A stretch of 64,000 nt of DNA from Bacteroidales bacterium. GTDB lineage: Bacteria; Bacteroidota; Bacteroidia; Bacteroidales; ML635J-15. Below the pieces are notes generated by a model that was not told the DNA's origin, did not search any database, and saw only the letters and a program-made list of their open reading frames with translations. The stretch is from assembly GCA_027858835.1 (NCBI GenBank), contig JAQIBY010000143.1, positions 4,332 to 68,331 on the forward strand, written 5' to 3'. Positions 48,704 through 60,371 of this stretch are shown here, piece after piece (position 1 is the stretch's first letter; the number at the start of each line of letters is the position of its first letter). Made by a program: the position numbers and the translations under genes.

Positions 48704-48741
48704 AAAAAACCGACTCTGCAAAAAATTACAGAGCCGGTCGG
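48702..48741 (-). terminator. Terminator downstream of the cytoplasmic SOD gene
   Basis: CCGACTCTG...CAGAG(CCGG)TCGG stem. The plus-strand A-run at 48702-48709 gives a U-run on the minus strand. Confidence 0.55.
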
Positions 48742-48765
48742 ACTGAGAATTAACTTATTTTAAAA

Positions 48766-49395
48766 TTAACTGATATAGTCTAAATATCGTTTTTCAATCA
48801 CATCCCAATCAAGGACATTCCAAAATGCGGAAATGTAATCGGGGCGTTTGTTTTGATATTTAAGATAATAGGCGTGCTCCCAAACATCCAATCCGAGAAG
48901 TGGCATTCCATTTTCGTCGGCAACATCCATTAAGGGGTTGTCCTGATTTGGTGTGTCGGTTACTGCCAGACTTTTATCATCTTTCACAATTAACCACGCC
49001 CAACCTGAACCAAAACGAGTTGCAGCCGCACTATTAAACTTTTCTTTAAATGCATCAAAGCTTCCGAATTTGTTTTCAATCGCTTCTAATAATTTTCCTT
49101 TCGGTTTTCCGCCACCATTGGCACTCATGCTTTTCCAAAACATTGCATGGTTAACATGACCGCCACCATTATTTCTTACGGCAACCGAATACTTGCTGAT
49201 ATTCTTCAGCACTTCAAGAAAGGTTTTTTCTTCTAAATCGGTGCCTTTCACTGCGTTTTGCAACTTTGTAAAATACCCATTGTGATGCTTGGTATAGTGA
49301 AGCTCCATTGTTTGAGCATCAATATAGGGTTCCAAAGCACTATAATCATATCCCAATGCGGGAAATTGACAATCTTTCATTTTATCAGTAATCAT
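48766..49395 (-). CDS. sodA: Fe/Mn superoxide dismutase (no signal peptide)
   Basis: [24 protein letters not shown] and [13 protein letters not shown] motifs. Confidence 0.92.
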   Translation of the reverse strand: MITDKMKDCQFPALGYDYSALEPYIDAQTMELHYTKHHNGYFTKLQNAVKGTDLEEKTFLEVLKNISKYSVAVRNNGGGHVNHAMFWKSMSANGGGKPKGKLLEAIENKFGSFDAFKEKFNSAAATRFGSGWAWLIVKDDKSLAVTDTPNQDNPLMDVADENGMPLLGLDVWEHAYYLKYQNKRPDYISAFWNVLDWDVIEKRYLDYIS

Positions 49396-49428
49396 ACTAT
49401 TTCTATTTTTTTAGGTTAAACAATTTTT

Positions 49429-50202
49429 TTACGGATTATATACATAACCATCCAAAGCCATTTCGTAACGTTCGCTTACAGCACTCCAGTCAACAATTTT
49501 CCAGAAATTATCAACATATTCAGCACGACGATTTTCATATTGTAAATAATAAGCATGCTCCCATACATCAATTGTGAGAATCGGGATTCCTTGCTCCGGC
49601 ACAACATTCATCAACGGATTGTCCTGATTTGGAGTACTTACAACCGCCAAATGATTTCCTGGAAGCACAATTAACCATGCCCATCCGCTACCAAAATGTG
49701 ATTTTGCTGCAGTGCTGAATGATTGTTTGAAATTATCAACACTACCAAAATCTTCAAGAAGGGCAGCCTTAAGTTTGTCAGTCATTTCTGTGGATTCAGG
49801 AGTTAAGTTTGTCCAAAACATCCAATGATTGTAATAACCACCGGCATTATTTCGTGTTGCCGCTGAATAATTACTGACATTGGCGAAAATCTGCTCAGGA
49901 GATAAGCCATTTGCTGAAGTTCCGTCAATTGCAGCGAGGAACTTTTTATAATATCCTTTATGGTGCTTATCATAATGCAATTGCATGATTTTAGCATCAA
50001 TAAAAGGCTCTAATGCATCCGCTTTATACGGCAAATCATTAAATGCATACATGGCTTCATCGAGATCGTTTGCGGTTAAATTCATATCCTGAGATTCAGA
50101 AACCTCCTGATTTGAAATATCAGCATTTTTCTTCTCATTCGCCGGTTGACAAGCCAGTAATACAGCAATTAAGATTGGTACTATTAAAATTAATTTTTTC
50201 AT
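49429..50202 (-). CDS. Fe/Mn superoxide dismutase with lipoprotein signal peptide and about 50-aa linker
   Basis: MKKLILIVPILIAVLLACQ lipobox, followed by a full SOD domain ([36 protein letters not shown]). Confidence 0.88.
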   Translation of the reverse strand: MKKLILIVPILIAVLLACQPANEKKNADISNQEVSESQDMNLTANDLDEAMYAFNDLPYKADALEPFIDAKIMQLHYDKHHKGYYKKFLAAIDGTSANGLSPEQIFANVSNYSAATRNNAGGYYNHWMFWTNLTPESTEMTDKLKAALLEDFGSVDNFKQSFSTAAKSHFGSGWAWLIVLPGNHLAVVSTPNQDNPLMNVVPEQGIPILTIDVWEHAYYLQYENRRAEYVDNFWKIVDWSAVSERYEMALDGYVYNP

Positions 50203-50339
50203 AAAACAAAGCTTATTTAGAATTATTCTATTTTAGTAACATATGAAACGGTTCCATTGTTCATTTTTATTTACTATTTCTGGCACTGATTTTGTTTTAA
50301 AGGGGGAAAAAAGTACTTTTAAACAAAAAAGATCAGATT

Positions 50340-51122
50340 ATGAAACGATTACTACTAGTTTGTTTTGCACTTAGCACCTTTGGATTCGGACTGTCTGCAC
50401 AAGAAGACGTTGAAGATAAATTTAAAACAATGGAAGATAAATTTGACGATGCCTTTGAAGAGGAAGAGGGCGATCAAATGACATTACGTTTTTTCAATGC
50501 AGAAGATGGGGAGCCGGTTTCCGGTGCACAGGTAATAATTGATGGGATAGAATACGAAACCGATTACGACGGCAAAGTTCGCTTTCCTAAAATTGAAAAG
50601 GACGGAAATTTCCCGGCTGAATTTTCTTGTGAAGGATATATTTCGGCAGTTTATGAGTTTGAAGTGCGCGCCCTAACTATTTTCCGAAATCGTTTTTCTG
50701 TTTCCCCTATTTTAGAGATTGGCAGCATGCGAATCGTACTTGATTGGTCAAGACGACCACGAGATTTAGATGCCCATTTAATGAACAAAGGGAAATACCA
50801 TATATCTTATCGAAATGATCGTATTTCTGCCGACGGAACCGCTCGTTTAGACAAGGATGACCGGAATGGTTTTGGGCCCGAAACTATTACAGTTAACGAC
50901 ATAAATGAAGATGACTATTATTCTTATCTGGTTTTTGATTACAGCAATCGTGGACAAACAAATTCACGCTCACTTTCAAAATCAGAAGCCGTCGTTCGGG
51001 TATATATTGAAGACAGACTGGCAAAAACAATTAATATTAGAGAAGGAGATCGTGGTTCGATTTGGAAAGTATTTACATTTAGAGATAATAAATTTATAGT
51101 TTTCAATGAAATTGTGAATTAA
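50340..51122 (+). CDS. Hypothetical secreted protein (carboxypeptidase-regulatory-like plus YfaP/DUF2135-like region)
   Basis: Signal peptide. LRFFNAEDGEPVSGAQVIIDG is CarbopepD_reg-like. RDLDAHL...LDKDDRNGFGPETITV recalls the DUF2135 motif. Confidence 0.35.
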   Translation: MKRLLLVCFALSTFGFGLSAQEDVEDKFKTMEDKFDDAFEEEEGDQMTLRFFNAEDGEPVSGAQVIIDGIEYETDYDGKVRFPKIEKDGNFPAEFSCEGYISAVYEFEVRALTIFRNRFSVSPILEIGSMRIVLDWSRRPRDLDAHLMNKGKYHISYRNDRISADGTARLDKDDRNGFGPETITVNDINEDDYYSYLVFDYSNRGQTNSRSLSKSEAVVRVYIEDRLAKTINIREGDRGSIWKVFTFRDNKFIVFNEIVN

Positions 51123-51146
51123 TAATAAAGTTTAGAAAAAATAATG

Positions 51147-51199
51147 AAAAACAGTGGGGTGGGGATGTGATTAATAACCTCCCCACCCCACTGTTTTTT
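51147..51199 (+). terminator. Strong rho-independent terminator
   Basis: 14-bp GC-rich stem CAGTGGGGTGGGGA/TCCCCACCCCACTG (51152-51165/51180-51193) followed by TTTTTT. Confidence 0.85.
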
Positions 51200-51357
51200 C
51201 TGCCAAATTGACATAGATTGTTTTGCTACAAACCAAAACATCCCTTTCAGAATGTAATTTTGTCCGAAATTATTGTATTTCTTTGCTTGGCATAAAATTC
51301 GTAAGACAGCAGACAGATTTTTGAAATAAATAATAACAGATTAATTTAAATATTTGA

Positions 51358-53001
<1,644 letters not shown>

Positions 53002-53020
53002 GCATTGATTACCATAAACA

Positions 53021-53053
53021 AAAAAAGCAGACCACGTGGTCTGCTTTTTTTTA
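53021..53053. terminator. Bidirectional terminator between groEL and the S46 peptidase gene
   Basis: Perfect palindrome AGCAGACCACGTGGTCTGCT flanked by A7 and T8 runs. Confidence 0.85.
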
Positions 53054-53069
53054 TGATTAGATTAAATAA

Positions 53070-55247
53070 TTATTTAATAATTGTCATTTCATCAATTAGG
53101 TTTGATGCGCCGGCAAATTTATCAATAATCCACAATGTATAACGTACGTCAAGGTTAATACAGCGTTGTAAATTATCTTCAAATTCAATATCTCCACTCA
53201 TTGCTTCACCGTTTCCATCAAAAGCAGTACCAATTAAATGGCCTTCGCCATTAATAACAGGAGAGCCTGAGTTCCCACCGGTAATGTCATTATCCGTAAT
53301 GAAACATACAGGTAATTGACCGTTTTCATCTGCATATTGTCCGTAATCTTTTGCTTCAGCAAGGGTTTTAAGACGTTTGGGAATGTCAAATTCATAGCTG
53401 TCCGGATCTGCTTTTTCCAAAATGCCTTCCATGCTTGTTAAATATTCATAATAGACAGCATCGCGAGGGACATATCCATCAACTTTTCCGTAAGTTAAGC
53501 GAATGGTTGAATTTGCATCGGGATACCAGTTTTGTTCGCTACGGATATTCATTAACCCCTCAACAAACAAACGGCGAGCACGTTCAAGCCCCTCAGATTT
53601 TGCATTCATTTCACCTGCAACTTCACGGTATTTTCCCAAAACAGACATTGCCATTTCATACATTGCGTCTTTTTCTAATTTTTTCGCTTTGGGGTTTTCA
53701 AGAAAATCCATCATGCTTTCTTCCGTTGCGAAGATGGTCTTCTCTTTTTCTATCATTTTTTCAGCCCATTCGTTAAAATCACCTTTGTATTTTTTGTGTG
53801 CTTCTGCATAGGCTTCAGGATAATATTTCTGATCAATATTTTCTCCAAAATATGTAAAGAGTGCTGCGAGCATTTTTTGTTCTGTTCCAGCATTGTAATC
53901 TTTATAAAACTCCTTTGCAGATGTTTTCATGCTTTCAACAGCAGCTTGTTTTTGTTCTTCAGTATTGTCTTCATTTTGAAGTTGTCTAAGAAAACTTGTT
54001 GCCTGAAATGCAAAAATTGTTAAATCCGGGCCGGTAAGCAGAGCTTCCAATAAAAACTGACGTGCATAAGCTTCTTCTTTACGAGATTCATACGCATTTT
54101 CAATGGTTGAAAGTACATCTCGATATTTATCCGTACGGATATTATCTGCCCAAGCTTGATATTTTTTTTCGAGTTTTTGTTTCTGTGCCATGGTGTTTAA
54201 TTTGCGCAATGCAATATTCTGCTCATGGGAATATTTCCAATAATTTGCACTGCGTGCATATTTTGAAGCATATTGCAATTTAATTTTAGGATCAGCATTC
54301 ATGTCTTCACGCATGGCATTCAATTTTACATCACGAATTTCATATCTCCAATTATTTGTGATATCCATTGTTTCTTTCAATCCGTAAGAAGTCATGTAAC
54401 GGTCAGTTCCGCCCGGAAATCCGAGGATCATTGCAAAATCATCTTTTTCAATCCCTTTAAGTGAAACGGGAAGATGATGTTTTGGTTTAAGCGGAATATT
54501 ATCTTCACTGTAAGTAGCCGGTTTTCCATCAGGACCAGTATAAACACGGAACATAGAAAAATCTGCAGTATGTCTTGGCCAGCTCCAGTTGTCAGTATCA
54601 CCACCAAATTTACCCATGTCTTCTGGGGGTGCTCCTACTAAACGAACATCTTTGTAAATCGTGTAAACAAAGAGAAAAAATTGGTTATTATCAAACATGG
54701 TAGCTACCTGGGCAGAATAGTCAGTCCCTTTTTCGGCAGCTTCGGTAATTTTCGATGATAATTCTCTGATTTTGGCATTTCTTTCTGCCTCAGTCATTGT
54801 ATCATTTAATGCTTTTGTAATTTGCTCAGTAACATCTTCCATACGAACGAGAATCGAAGCGGTAATGCCTTCATTTGTCAACTCTTCATCCAAAGATTTT
54901 GCCCAAAATCCATCTTTCAGATAGTCGTTTTCAACTGAGGAGTGTTGCTGAATCATTCCGTAACCACAGTGGTGGTTTGTCAACATTAATCCTTTATCAG
55001 AAATTAGTTCTCCGGTACAAAAATGGCGAAATGGAGCACCTTCATTCCCTAAACCGACAATGGCATCTTTTAAAGAAGCTTGATTGATAGAGTAAATGTC
55101 TTCAGGACTTAGCTTTAAGCCCATTTCTTTCATTTCCTCATAATTTTTCCCAATCATTGACAGCAACCACATGCCCTCATCAGCAACAGCGCGGAAACCG
55201 GAAACTGTTAAACTGATAATCAATAACACACTTAATAATCGTTTCAT
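53070..55247 (-). CDS. S46 family peptidase (dipeptidyl-peptidase 7/11-like)
   Basis: Signal peptide followed by ADEGMWLL, which is typical of DPP7. Catalytic region TGGNSGSPVINGEGHLIG. Start chosen at MKRLLSVL (55247). Confidence 0.88.
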   Translation of the reverse strand: MKRLLSVLLIISLTVSGFRAVADEGMWLLSMIGKNYEEMKEMGLKLSPEDIYSINQASLKDAIVGLGNEGAPFRHFCTGELISDKGLMLTNHHCGYGMIQQHSSVENDYLKDGFWAKSLDEELTNEGITASILVRMEDVTEQITKALNDTMTEAERNAKIRELSSKITEAAEKGTDYSAQVATMFDNNQFFLFVYTIYKDVRLVGAPPEDMGKFGGDTDNWSWPRHTADFSMFRVYTGPDGKPATYSEDNIPLKPKHHLPVSLKGIEKDDFAMILGFPGGTDRYMTSYGLKETMDITNNWRYEIRDVKLNAMREDMNADPKIKLQYASKYARSANYWKYSHEQNIALRKLNTMAQKQKLEKKYQAWADNIRTDKYRDVLSTIENAYESRKEEAYARQFLLEALLTGPDLTIFAFQATSFLRQLQNEDNTEEQKQAAVESMKTSAKEFYKDYNAGTEQKMLAALFTYFGENIDQKYYPEAYAEAHKKYKGDFNEWAEKMIEKEKTIFATEESMMDFLENPKAKKLEKDAMYEMAMSVLGKYREVAGEMNAKSEGLERARRLFVEGLMNIRSEQNWYPDANSTIRLTYGKVDGYVPRDAVYYEYLTSMEGILEKADPDSYEFDIPKRLKTLAEAKDYGQYADENGQLPVCFITDNDITGGNSGSPVINGEGHLIGTAFDGNGEAMSGDIEFEDNLQRCINLDVRYTLWIIDKFAGASNLIDEMTIIK

Positions 55248-55338
55248 AATATCTTTTTTAATTAATAGATTACAAATAAGCGTCAAATTTAATGATTATC
55301 CATTAATTTTGCACATCTTAACACTTAAACTCTTGTTA

Positions 55339-56382
55339 ATGATGAAAAATGACATAAGAAACATATCCTCTGATGCGCTAAAATCATGGCTGATTTCTCA
55401 CGGAGAAAAGCCTTTCCGTGCAAAACAAATTATGCATTGGCTTTGGAAACAGCCGGTGCAGGATTTTGATGAGATGACAAATCTATCAAAACCATTAAGA
55501 CATGCATTGAAATCAGATTTTGTTTTGTCACAACTTCATTTAGTTACAACACAAAACAGCAGCGATGGCACAGTGAAAACCGGATTCCGATTGTCCGACA
55601 ACGAATTTATTGAAGGTGTATTGATTCCGTCAAAGGAGCGAGTTACTGCATGCATATCCACGCAAGTAGGCTGTCGAATGGGATGTAAGTTTTGTGCAAC
55701 TGCCGGCTTGGGTTTTCACAGGAATCTCAGCGCAGGAGAAATTTACTTGCAGGTTTGGCACTTAAATCAAATTGCAGAAGAACATTACAAAACAGGCTTA
55801 AGTAATATTGTTATTATGGGTATGGGCGAGCCGCTCGATAATTATTCTGCAGTAACAACCGCAGTGCAATTCTTAACCGGTGATGAAGGATTGGGAATGA
55901 GTCATCGACGCATCACTTTAAGTACGGCAGGTGTGGCTGACAAAATTAAACAAATGGCTGATGACGGAATAAAAATCAAACTTTCATTATCTCTGCATGC
56001 TGTTAATGACAAGTTACGAAGCCAAATTATGCCAATTAACAACAAACATACAATTCAGGTTTTGGCAGAGTCTTTGCAATATTACCACGGCAAAACAAAT
56101 CATCGAATTAGTTATGAATATGTATTACTCAAAAATATTAACGATCAGGAAATTCATGCAAGGGAGCTTGCAGAGTTTACGAAAATTACTCCCTGCAAAA
56201 TTAATTTGATTGAATACAATCCGGTTTCGGGCCTTGGATTTGAGAAAAGCACAGAAGAATCGACACAAAGATTTATGAAATTTCTTGAAGGCAGAAATCT
56301 GATTGTAAAACTTAGAAGAAGCCGGGGAGCTGATGTTGACGCTGCTTGCGGACAATTAGCAAATAAATTTCGCAATAAATAA
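55339..56382 (+). CDS. rlmN: 23S rRNA/tRNA (adenine-C2)-methyltransferase RlmN (radical SAM)
   Basis: Start at MMKNDIRN. FRAKQIMHWLW, the CRMGCKFC radical-SAM cluster, GMGEPL and a C-terminal AACGQL. Confidence 0.92.
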   Translation: MMKNDIRNISSDALKSWLISHGEKPFRAKQIMHWLWKQPVQDFDEMTNLSKPLRHALKSDFVLSQLHLVTTQNSSDGTVKTGFRLSDNEFIEGVLIPSKERVTACISTQVGCRMGCKFCATAGLGFHRNLSAGEIYLQVWHLNQIAEEHYKTGLSNIVIMGMGEPLDNYSAVTTAVQFLTGDEGLGMSHRRITLSTAGVADKIKQMADDGIKIKLSLSLHAVNDKLRSQIMPINNKHTIQVLAESLQYYHGKTNHRISYEYVLLKNINDQEIHARELAEFTKITPCKINLIEYNPVSGLGFEKSTEESTQRFMKFLEGRNLIVKLRRSRGADVDAACGQLANKFRNK

Positions 56383-56465
56383 GTAATGTAATTCCTCTGT
56401 CTGTTCAAAATGTGAAAAATTATTAATATTTTAGCAAATTAACTGGAAAATAAACCTTTGAAATT

Positions 56466-58031
56466 ATGAAACATATAGTAACTTTATTATTTGGACTTCT
56501 AGTCCTGACAGCGGTAAGCACTGCACAGTCTGTAAAATCAGATTTTGGTGTCGATCAAAAGGTCAAACTTGAAAAAGGAGAGACTTATCAAAAAATGGTT
56601 GGCGCTGACGATACCGGGTTTTATGTTTTGAAAACTGATTATGAAAATAATATTTGGTTGGAATTCTGGAATGCCGACAATTTGGTAAAAGAAAGTTATA
56701 ATCGTTTGATCCTCCCATCTGTCGGAGGCGTTCAAGCTGAGTTTCTTGAAATGTTTTACATTGATGGAAAGCTTATTATGTTTTCTACTGTGACAAATGA
56801 GTCTATCAAACAGAAAACCCTTTATGCTCAGTATGTGAATAAAGCAGGGAAAATTGTTGGAGAAAGCAAGCCGATTGGGCGATTAACAAATCAAAACATT
56901 GTTGTTGATTTCGAAGTGGATTTAACTGCCAACGGAAAACTAATATTTGTTCATTATTATCGTCCGTTCCAAAAATACAATGAAGAGCCTTTTTTCTTCA
57001 AAATGTATGATGCGGAATTAGATGAAGTTTTGAACAAAACCATTAAACTTCCTCTGGTTGACCGTGAATTTGAAATCATTCAATACATTGTCATGGAAAA
57101 TCAGGATATTCTGATGCTTTCAAAAATGAACCCTGAAGAGGAGAGACGTAGCAGACGCAGAGGTCCGGAAGTATTTGAATACAGTGTGTTAATTTACGAT
57201 GTTGAATTGAGTCTTGTAAAAGATTATCCAATTAGTGTCGAGAAATTTATTCCTCAAAATGCAATGATTGGGGTGAATGAAACCGACAAGTTCGTTGACG
57301 TTATGGGTTTCATGGCAAAAAAGAACAAAACAGAATATTCCGGCGTTTTTCATGAAAGATTGGATCTGAAAACAAAAGAGTGGGCTCCTATTGATCGTAA
57401 AACAACGTATTATAATATAGAGAGAAATGAAGAACGGGATTTCCGTGCCATGCACCTTATGGAGGATCGTGATAATTTGTATAATTATCAGCTTCGGGAC
57501 ATGGTTTATTTAAGTACTGGTGAACCTGTTTTACTTGCTGAGCACTACAATGAATGGATTGATAGTATTGTTGATCCGAGAACAAAAGAGGTCACCTATA
57601 ACAGTTATTACAAATACAATGACATTCTGGTCGCGAAAGTTGACAGAAATAATAATTTTGAATGGATAACACGAATTCCAAAATCACAATCATCCTATAA
57701 TGATTTTGGAGATTATTCCTCTTTTGGAATGACCGTTTTGGGTGAAAAAATTAAACTGTATTACAACGGAAATCATAAAAACCTGAAAATGCTGGCTAAT
57801 GACATGTACAATAGTCAGGATTTGAAAGAGGCAAAAAGCCCTGATAGAAGAGGACGTGCGCTGGCGGTTACAGTGTTCTCAGATGGCAAAGTGTTTGGTT
57901 CATATATGTTTGAAGGAAAGCACAAAAAACAGGTCATTAAACCTGAGCTTATGGCTGTGCATAAAGGCAAACACTTTATTTACACAAAAAGAGGTTCAAA
58001 TTTAAAATTCGCAAGATTCTTTGTTGAATAA
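56466..58031 (+). CDS. Hypothetical secreted protein
   Basis: 521-aa ORF with a signal peptide (LLFGLLVLTAVSTAQS). No family recognised. Confidence 0.55.
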   Translation: MKHIVTLLFGLLVLTAVSTAQSVKSDFGVDQKVKLEKGETYQKMVGADDTGFYVLKTDYENNIWLEFWNADNLVKESYNRLILPSVGGVQAEFLEMFYIDGKLIMFSTVTNESIKQKTLYAQYVNKAGKIVGESKPIGRLTNQNIVVDFEVDLTANGKLIFVHYYRPFQKYNEEPFFFKMYDAELDEVLNKTIKLPLVDREFEIIQYIVMENQDILMLSKMNPEEERRSRRRGPEVFEYSVLIYDVELSLVKDYPISVEKFIPQNAMIGVNETDKFVDVMGFMAKKNKTEYSGVFHERLDLKTKEWAPIDRKTTYYNIERNEERDFRAMHLMEDRDNLYNYQLRDMVYLSTGEPVLLAEHYNEWIDSIVDPRTKEVTYNSYYKYNDILVAKVDRNNNFEWITRIPKSQSSYNDFGDYSSFGMTVLGEKIKLYYNGNHKNLKMLANDMYNSQDLKEAKSPDRRGRALAVTVFSDGKVFGSYMFEGKHKKQVIKPELMAVHKGKHFIYTKRGSNLKFARFFVE

Positions 58032-58049
58032 ATAAAACAATATATTGAA

Positions 58050-58086
58050 AACGTCCTTAAGCATTGGTTTAGGGACGTTTTTTTAT
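58050..58086 (+). terminator. Rho-independent terminator
   Basis: AACGTCCTTAA/TTAGGGACGTT stem (one G-T pair) followed by TTTTTTT. Confidence 0.7.
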
Positions 58087-58438
58087 GATTTTATTAGCCA
58101 TTTGGGTTATACCAATTGTGTTTCAAAATGATTGATAAAGAAATTTTGAAACTACAATGGTTAATGCCGATATTACAGCAAAACAAGCCTGTCTGCCACA
58201 GGCAGGCATACAGAACGAAGTGAAAGTATGCGCCATTTTGATGTTTAATCGGTATTAGTGCAAGCAATAAAAATTATTCTTTTATCAGTACTTGAACTGC
58301 TCGACAAACATATAAGAACACATCAAAACAAGCTGATAAAATGAGATGTGAAGGTACAAGCAAAACAAGTATGCCGAAAAACCCGGTTTAGTTTATCAGA
58401 ATGAGTAAAGTCACAACGGAAATGCTAAACTCCTGAAA

Positions 58439-59605
58439 TTACCGTCGCGTTTTAATCATTGCAAATTTCCGTTTTAGCTTGAGAATAGGTCGTTCAATCA
58501 GTTCATAACTAATTGCCGGAATAATGAGTGTTAATCCGGTGAGCAAAAGCATGTAAATATACAGATTGTCAATTTCCCATTTCATCATGATTTTTTTCAT
58601 GATAATGAGTAATAAGATATTTCCATACATATAAATTCCATATGAAATTTTCCCAAAATAATGGAAAATACTATTTGGTTTTAGTACATGTCTAAATTTT
58701 GCATTAAAATTATAATCCAGTAATAACATGCCAATCACTCCAATGTAGAAGAATTTTTTAAATCCGGCAAGAAATACTGAACCCCAATTTACAACAGGTT
58801 CAAGACAAAATACTCCGATAAGCACAACCCATAGCAAAATTCTGAAATATCGACTTAATTTAATTTCAAATGGCTTTTTGGCATAATAATAAGCCCCAAT
58901 TGCCCCTATAATTAACACATCCATCCTTGATATGGTATGCAAGTACAGTGTAAACCAGGGTTTATCCATTGTCATGACTGTGTACATTCTGAAAGCAATG
59001 CTAATCATGATTAAACTGATAAATACTTTCATGAGATGTTTGGTCGGTATAAATGCAATAATAAAAGGCCACACAAGATAAAAATGCTCCTCAATGCAAA
59101 TTGACCAAAAGTGTGCAAAAGGATAGGCCCATTTAGTCGTGTTAATTGCATGAAAGTTATTTACAAAGAGAATGTTTGCCAGATAGTTCGGACTGTCTGC
59201 ATTTACCCATGAAACAATGAAAGGAGCTATCGCAATGAGTAAAAAATACAAAGGCCAGATTCGTAGTGTTCGGCGAACGATAAAATTAAAAATATTGATT
59301 TTCCCAAAACGTTCTTTTTCTTTTATCAGGATATAGGTAATTAAAAATCCACTTAGTAGAAAAAATATATCTACACCGATTTCAAAGTTTTTTAGCATTT
59401 GATGAACTAGCTTACCTCCGGGAGAGAGTGTCGTATAAGTACCTCCAGACAATATCCCAATTTCGCCAAACCAGCCTCTCCAGGCTTCGTAACCATGATA
59501 GATGATAATCATAAATGCCGCAATAAACCGAACGACATCCAAATATGGAAAGTAAACCCGCTTTGAGGTGTTTTGTGGAGTAGCCATAATTTCTATACGC
59601 TGCAA
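58439..59605 (-). CDS. Acyltransferase 3 family membrane protein (O-acyltransferase)
   Basis: 388 aa, polytopic. The N-terminal YFPYLDVVRFIAAFMIIIYH is typical of acyltransferase_3. The true start may be MATPQN at 59587. Confidence 0.75.
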   Translation of the reverse strand: MQRIEIMATPQNTSKRVYFPYLDVVRFIAAFMIIIYHGYEAWRGWFGEIGILSGGTYTTLSPGGKLVHQMLKNFEIGVDIFFLLSGFLITYILIKEKERFGKINIFNFIVRRTLRIWPLYFLLIAIAPFIVSWVNADSPNYLANILFVNNFHAINTTKWAYPFAHFWSICIEEHFYLVWPFIIAFIPTKHLMKVFISLIMISIAFRMYTVMTMDKPWFTLYLHTISRMDVLIIGAIGAYYYAKKPFEIKLSRYFRILLWVVLIGVFCLEPVVNWGSVFLAGFKKFFYIGVIGMLLLDYNFNAKFRHVLKPNSIFHYFGKISYGIYMYGNILLLIIMKKIMMKWEIDNLYIYMLLLTGLTLIIPAISYELIERPILKLKRKFAMIKTRR

Positions 59606-59718
59606 TTATCCATACAAAGATAGAGAAATAAATAGCTCCGGGAAATTTTGGATGCATTACACCTGTTTTTTCATGGATTTTATATCTTTAGCTTTCAAAT
59701 AATCAAGCCGTATTACTT

Positions 59719-59784
59719 ATGAAGTTGAAAATTATTCTTTTGGGCTGCTTTTTTATGATTGCATTTTCATTATTTGCAGCGTAA
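59719..59784 (+). pseudogene. 21-codon signal-peptide-only ORF stub ending in the left inverted repeat of the MITE-like element
   Basis: ATG 59719 encodes MKLKIILLGCFFMIAFSLFAA. The TAA stop at 59782-59784 is the first three bases of the repeat TAATGGACAAAATGGG. Confidence 0.35.
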
Positions 59785-60107
59785 TGGACAAAATGGGTGG
59801 TGTTTTTTTAAACAACATTTTGGTATTAAATTTCTTTTTTCTCTCTATGGACAGACCGTTATGATTCCTAAGTTTGTTTTCCAGTTGTGTCTTCAGCCCA
59901 AATTTGGGCTGAAGATATATTAGAACCTCCTGTAAAACATTGTCCACATGCTACACATTTATATCGTTGTTTGCCGTTTCGAACTCCATGTTATTGCAAA
60001 ATTGTACTCACACAGTTTAAACGCTTTTTTAATTCATAAGCTTTCATTTAATGCAAACCTAATAAATTACAGCCGTGTAGAACTTTTTACCAACCATTTT
60101 GTCTATT
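59782..60107. mobile_element. MITE-like non-autonomous element (about 326 bp) with about 21-bp terminal inverted repeats
   Basis: The left end is TAATGGACAAAATGGGTGGTG (59782-59802). The reverse complement of the right end (60087-60107) is TAATAGACAAAATGGTTGGTA, an 18/21 match. The interior is AT-rich with a perfect 12-bp-arm palindrome, CTTCAGCCCAAA/TTTGGGCTGAAG. No credible transposase ORF. Confidence 0.5.
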
Positions 60108-60371
60108 AACCCAAATTCAAACACATACTTTGTTTGGTTTGATAATATTTCAGTAACAACAACAGGTAGCAGTTCATACGATTATTCGGTAACGGATGAG
60201 GGACATACATATACTTGGCAAGTCCCTGCAGACTGGACAATTGACTCAGGTCAAGGGAGCAATAGCATTACGGTTACCCCAGGAAGCATGGATGGCGATG
60301 TAATTGTCACGCCATCAAATGCCTGTGGAAATGGACCATCACAATCACTTAGTGTGAATATTTGTCCTTAA
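60108..60371 (+). pseudogene. C-terminal Ig/PKD-like domain fragment lacking a proper N-terminus
   Basis: The ORF opens inside the right inverted repeat. TYTWQVPADWTIDSGQGSNSITVTPGSMDGDVIVTPSNACGNGPSQSLSVNI resembles PKD-like surface-protein domains of Bacteroidota. There is no signal peptide of its own. Confidence 0.4.

Noticed and set aside
51270-51280. ATTTTGTCC 9-mer upstream of groEL as another copy of the inverted repeat
   Set aside because: Only 9 nt match. That is expected by chance about once in a window of this size when both strands are counted.
51280-51300. TGGCATAAAATTCGTA upstream of groEL as a sigma-54 (-24/-12) promoter, given the sigma-54 activator in the window
   Set aside because: The -24 TGGCA matches, but the -12 element reads TTCG instead of TTGC. 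A single weak hit in AT-rich DNA is not enough.
59753-59947. 64-aa minus-strand ORF inside the MITE-like element as a transposase remnant
   Set aside because: It is too short, has a low-complexity Lys/Leu-rich sequence, and shows no DDE, HUH or serine/tyrosine recombinase motif.
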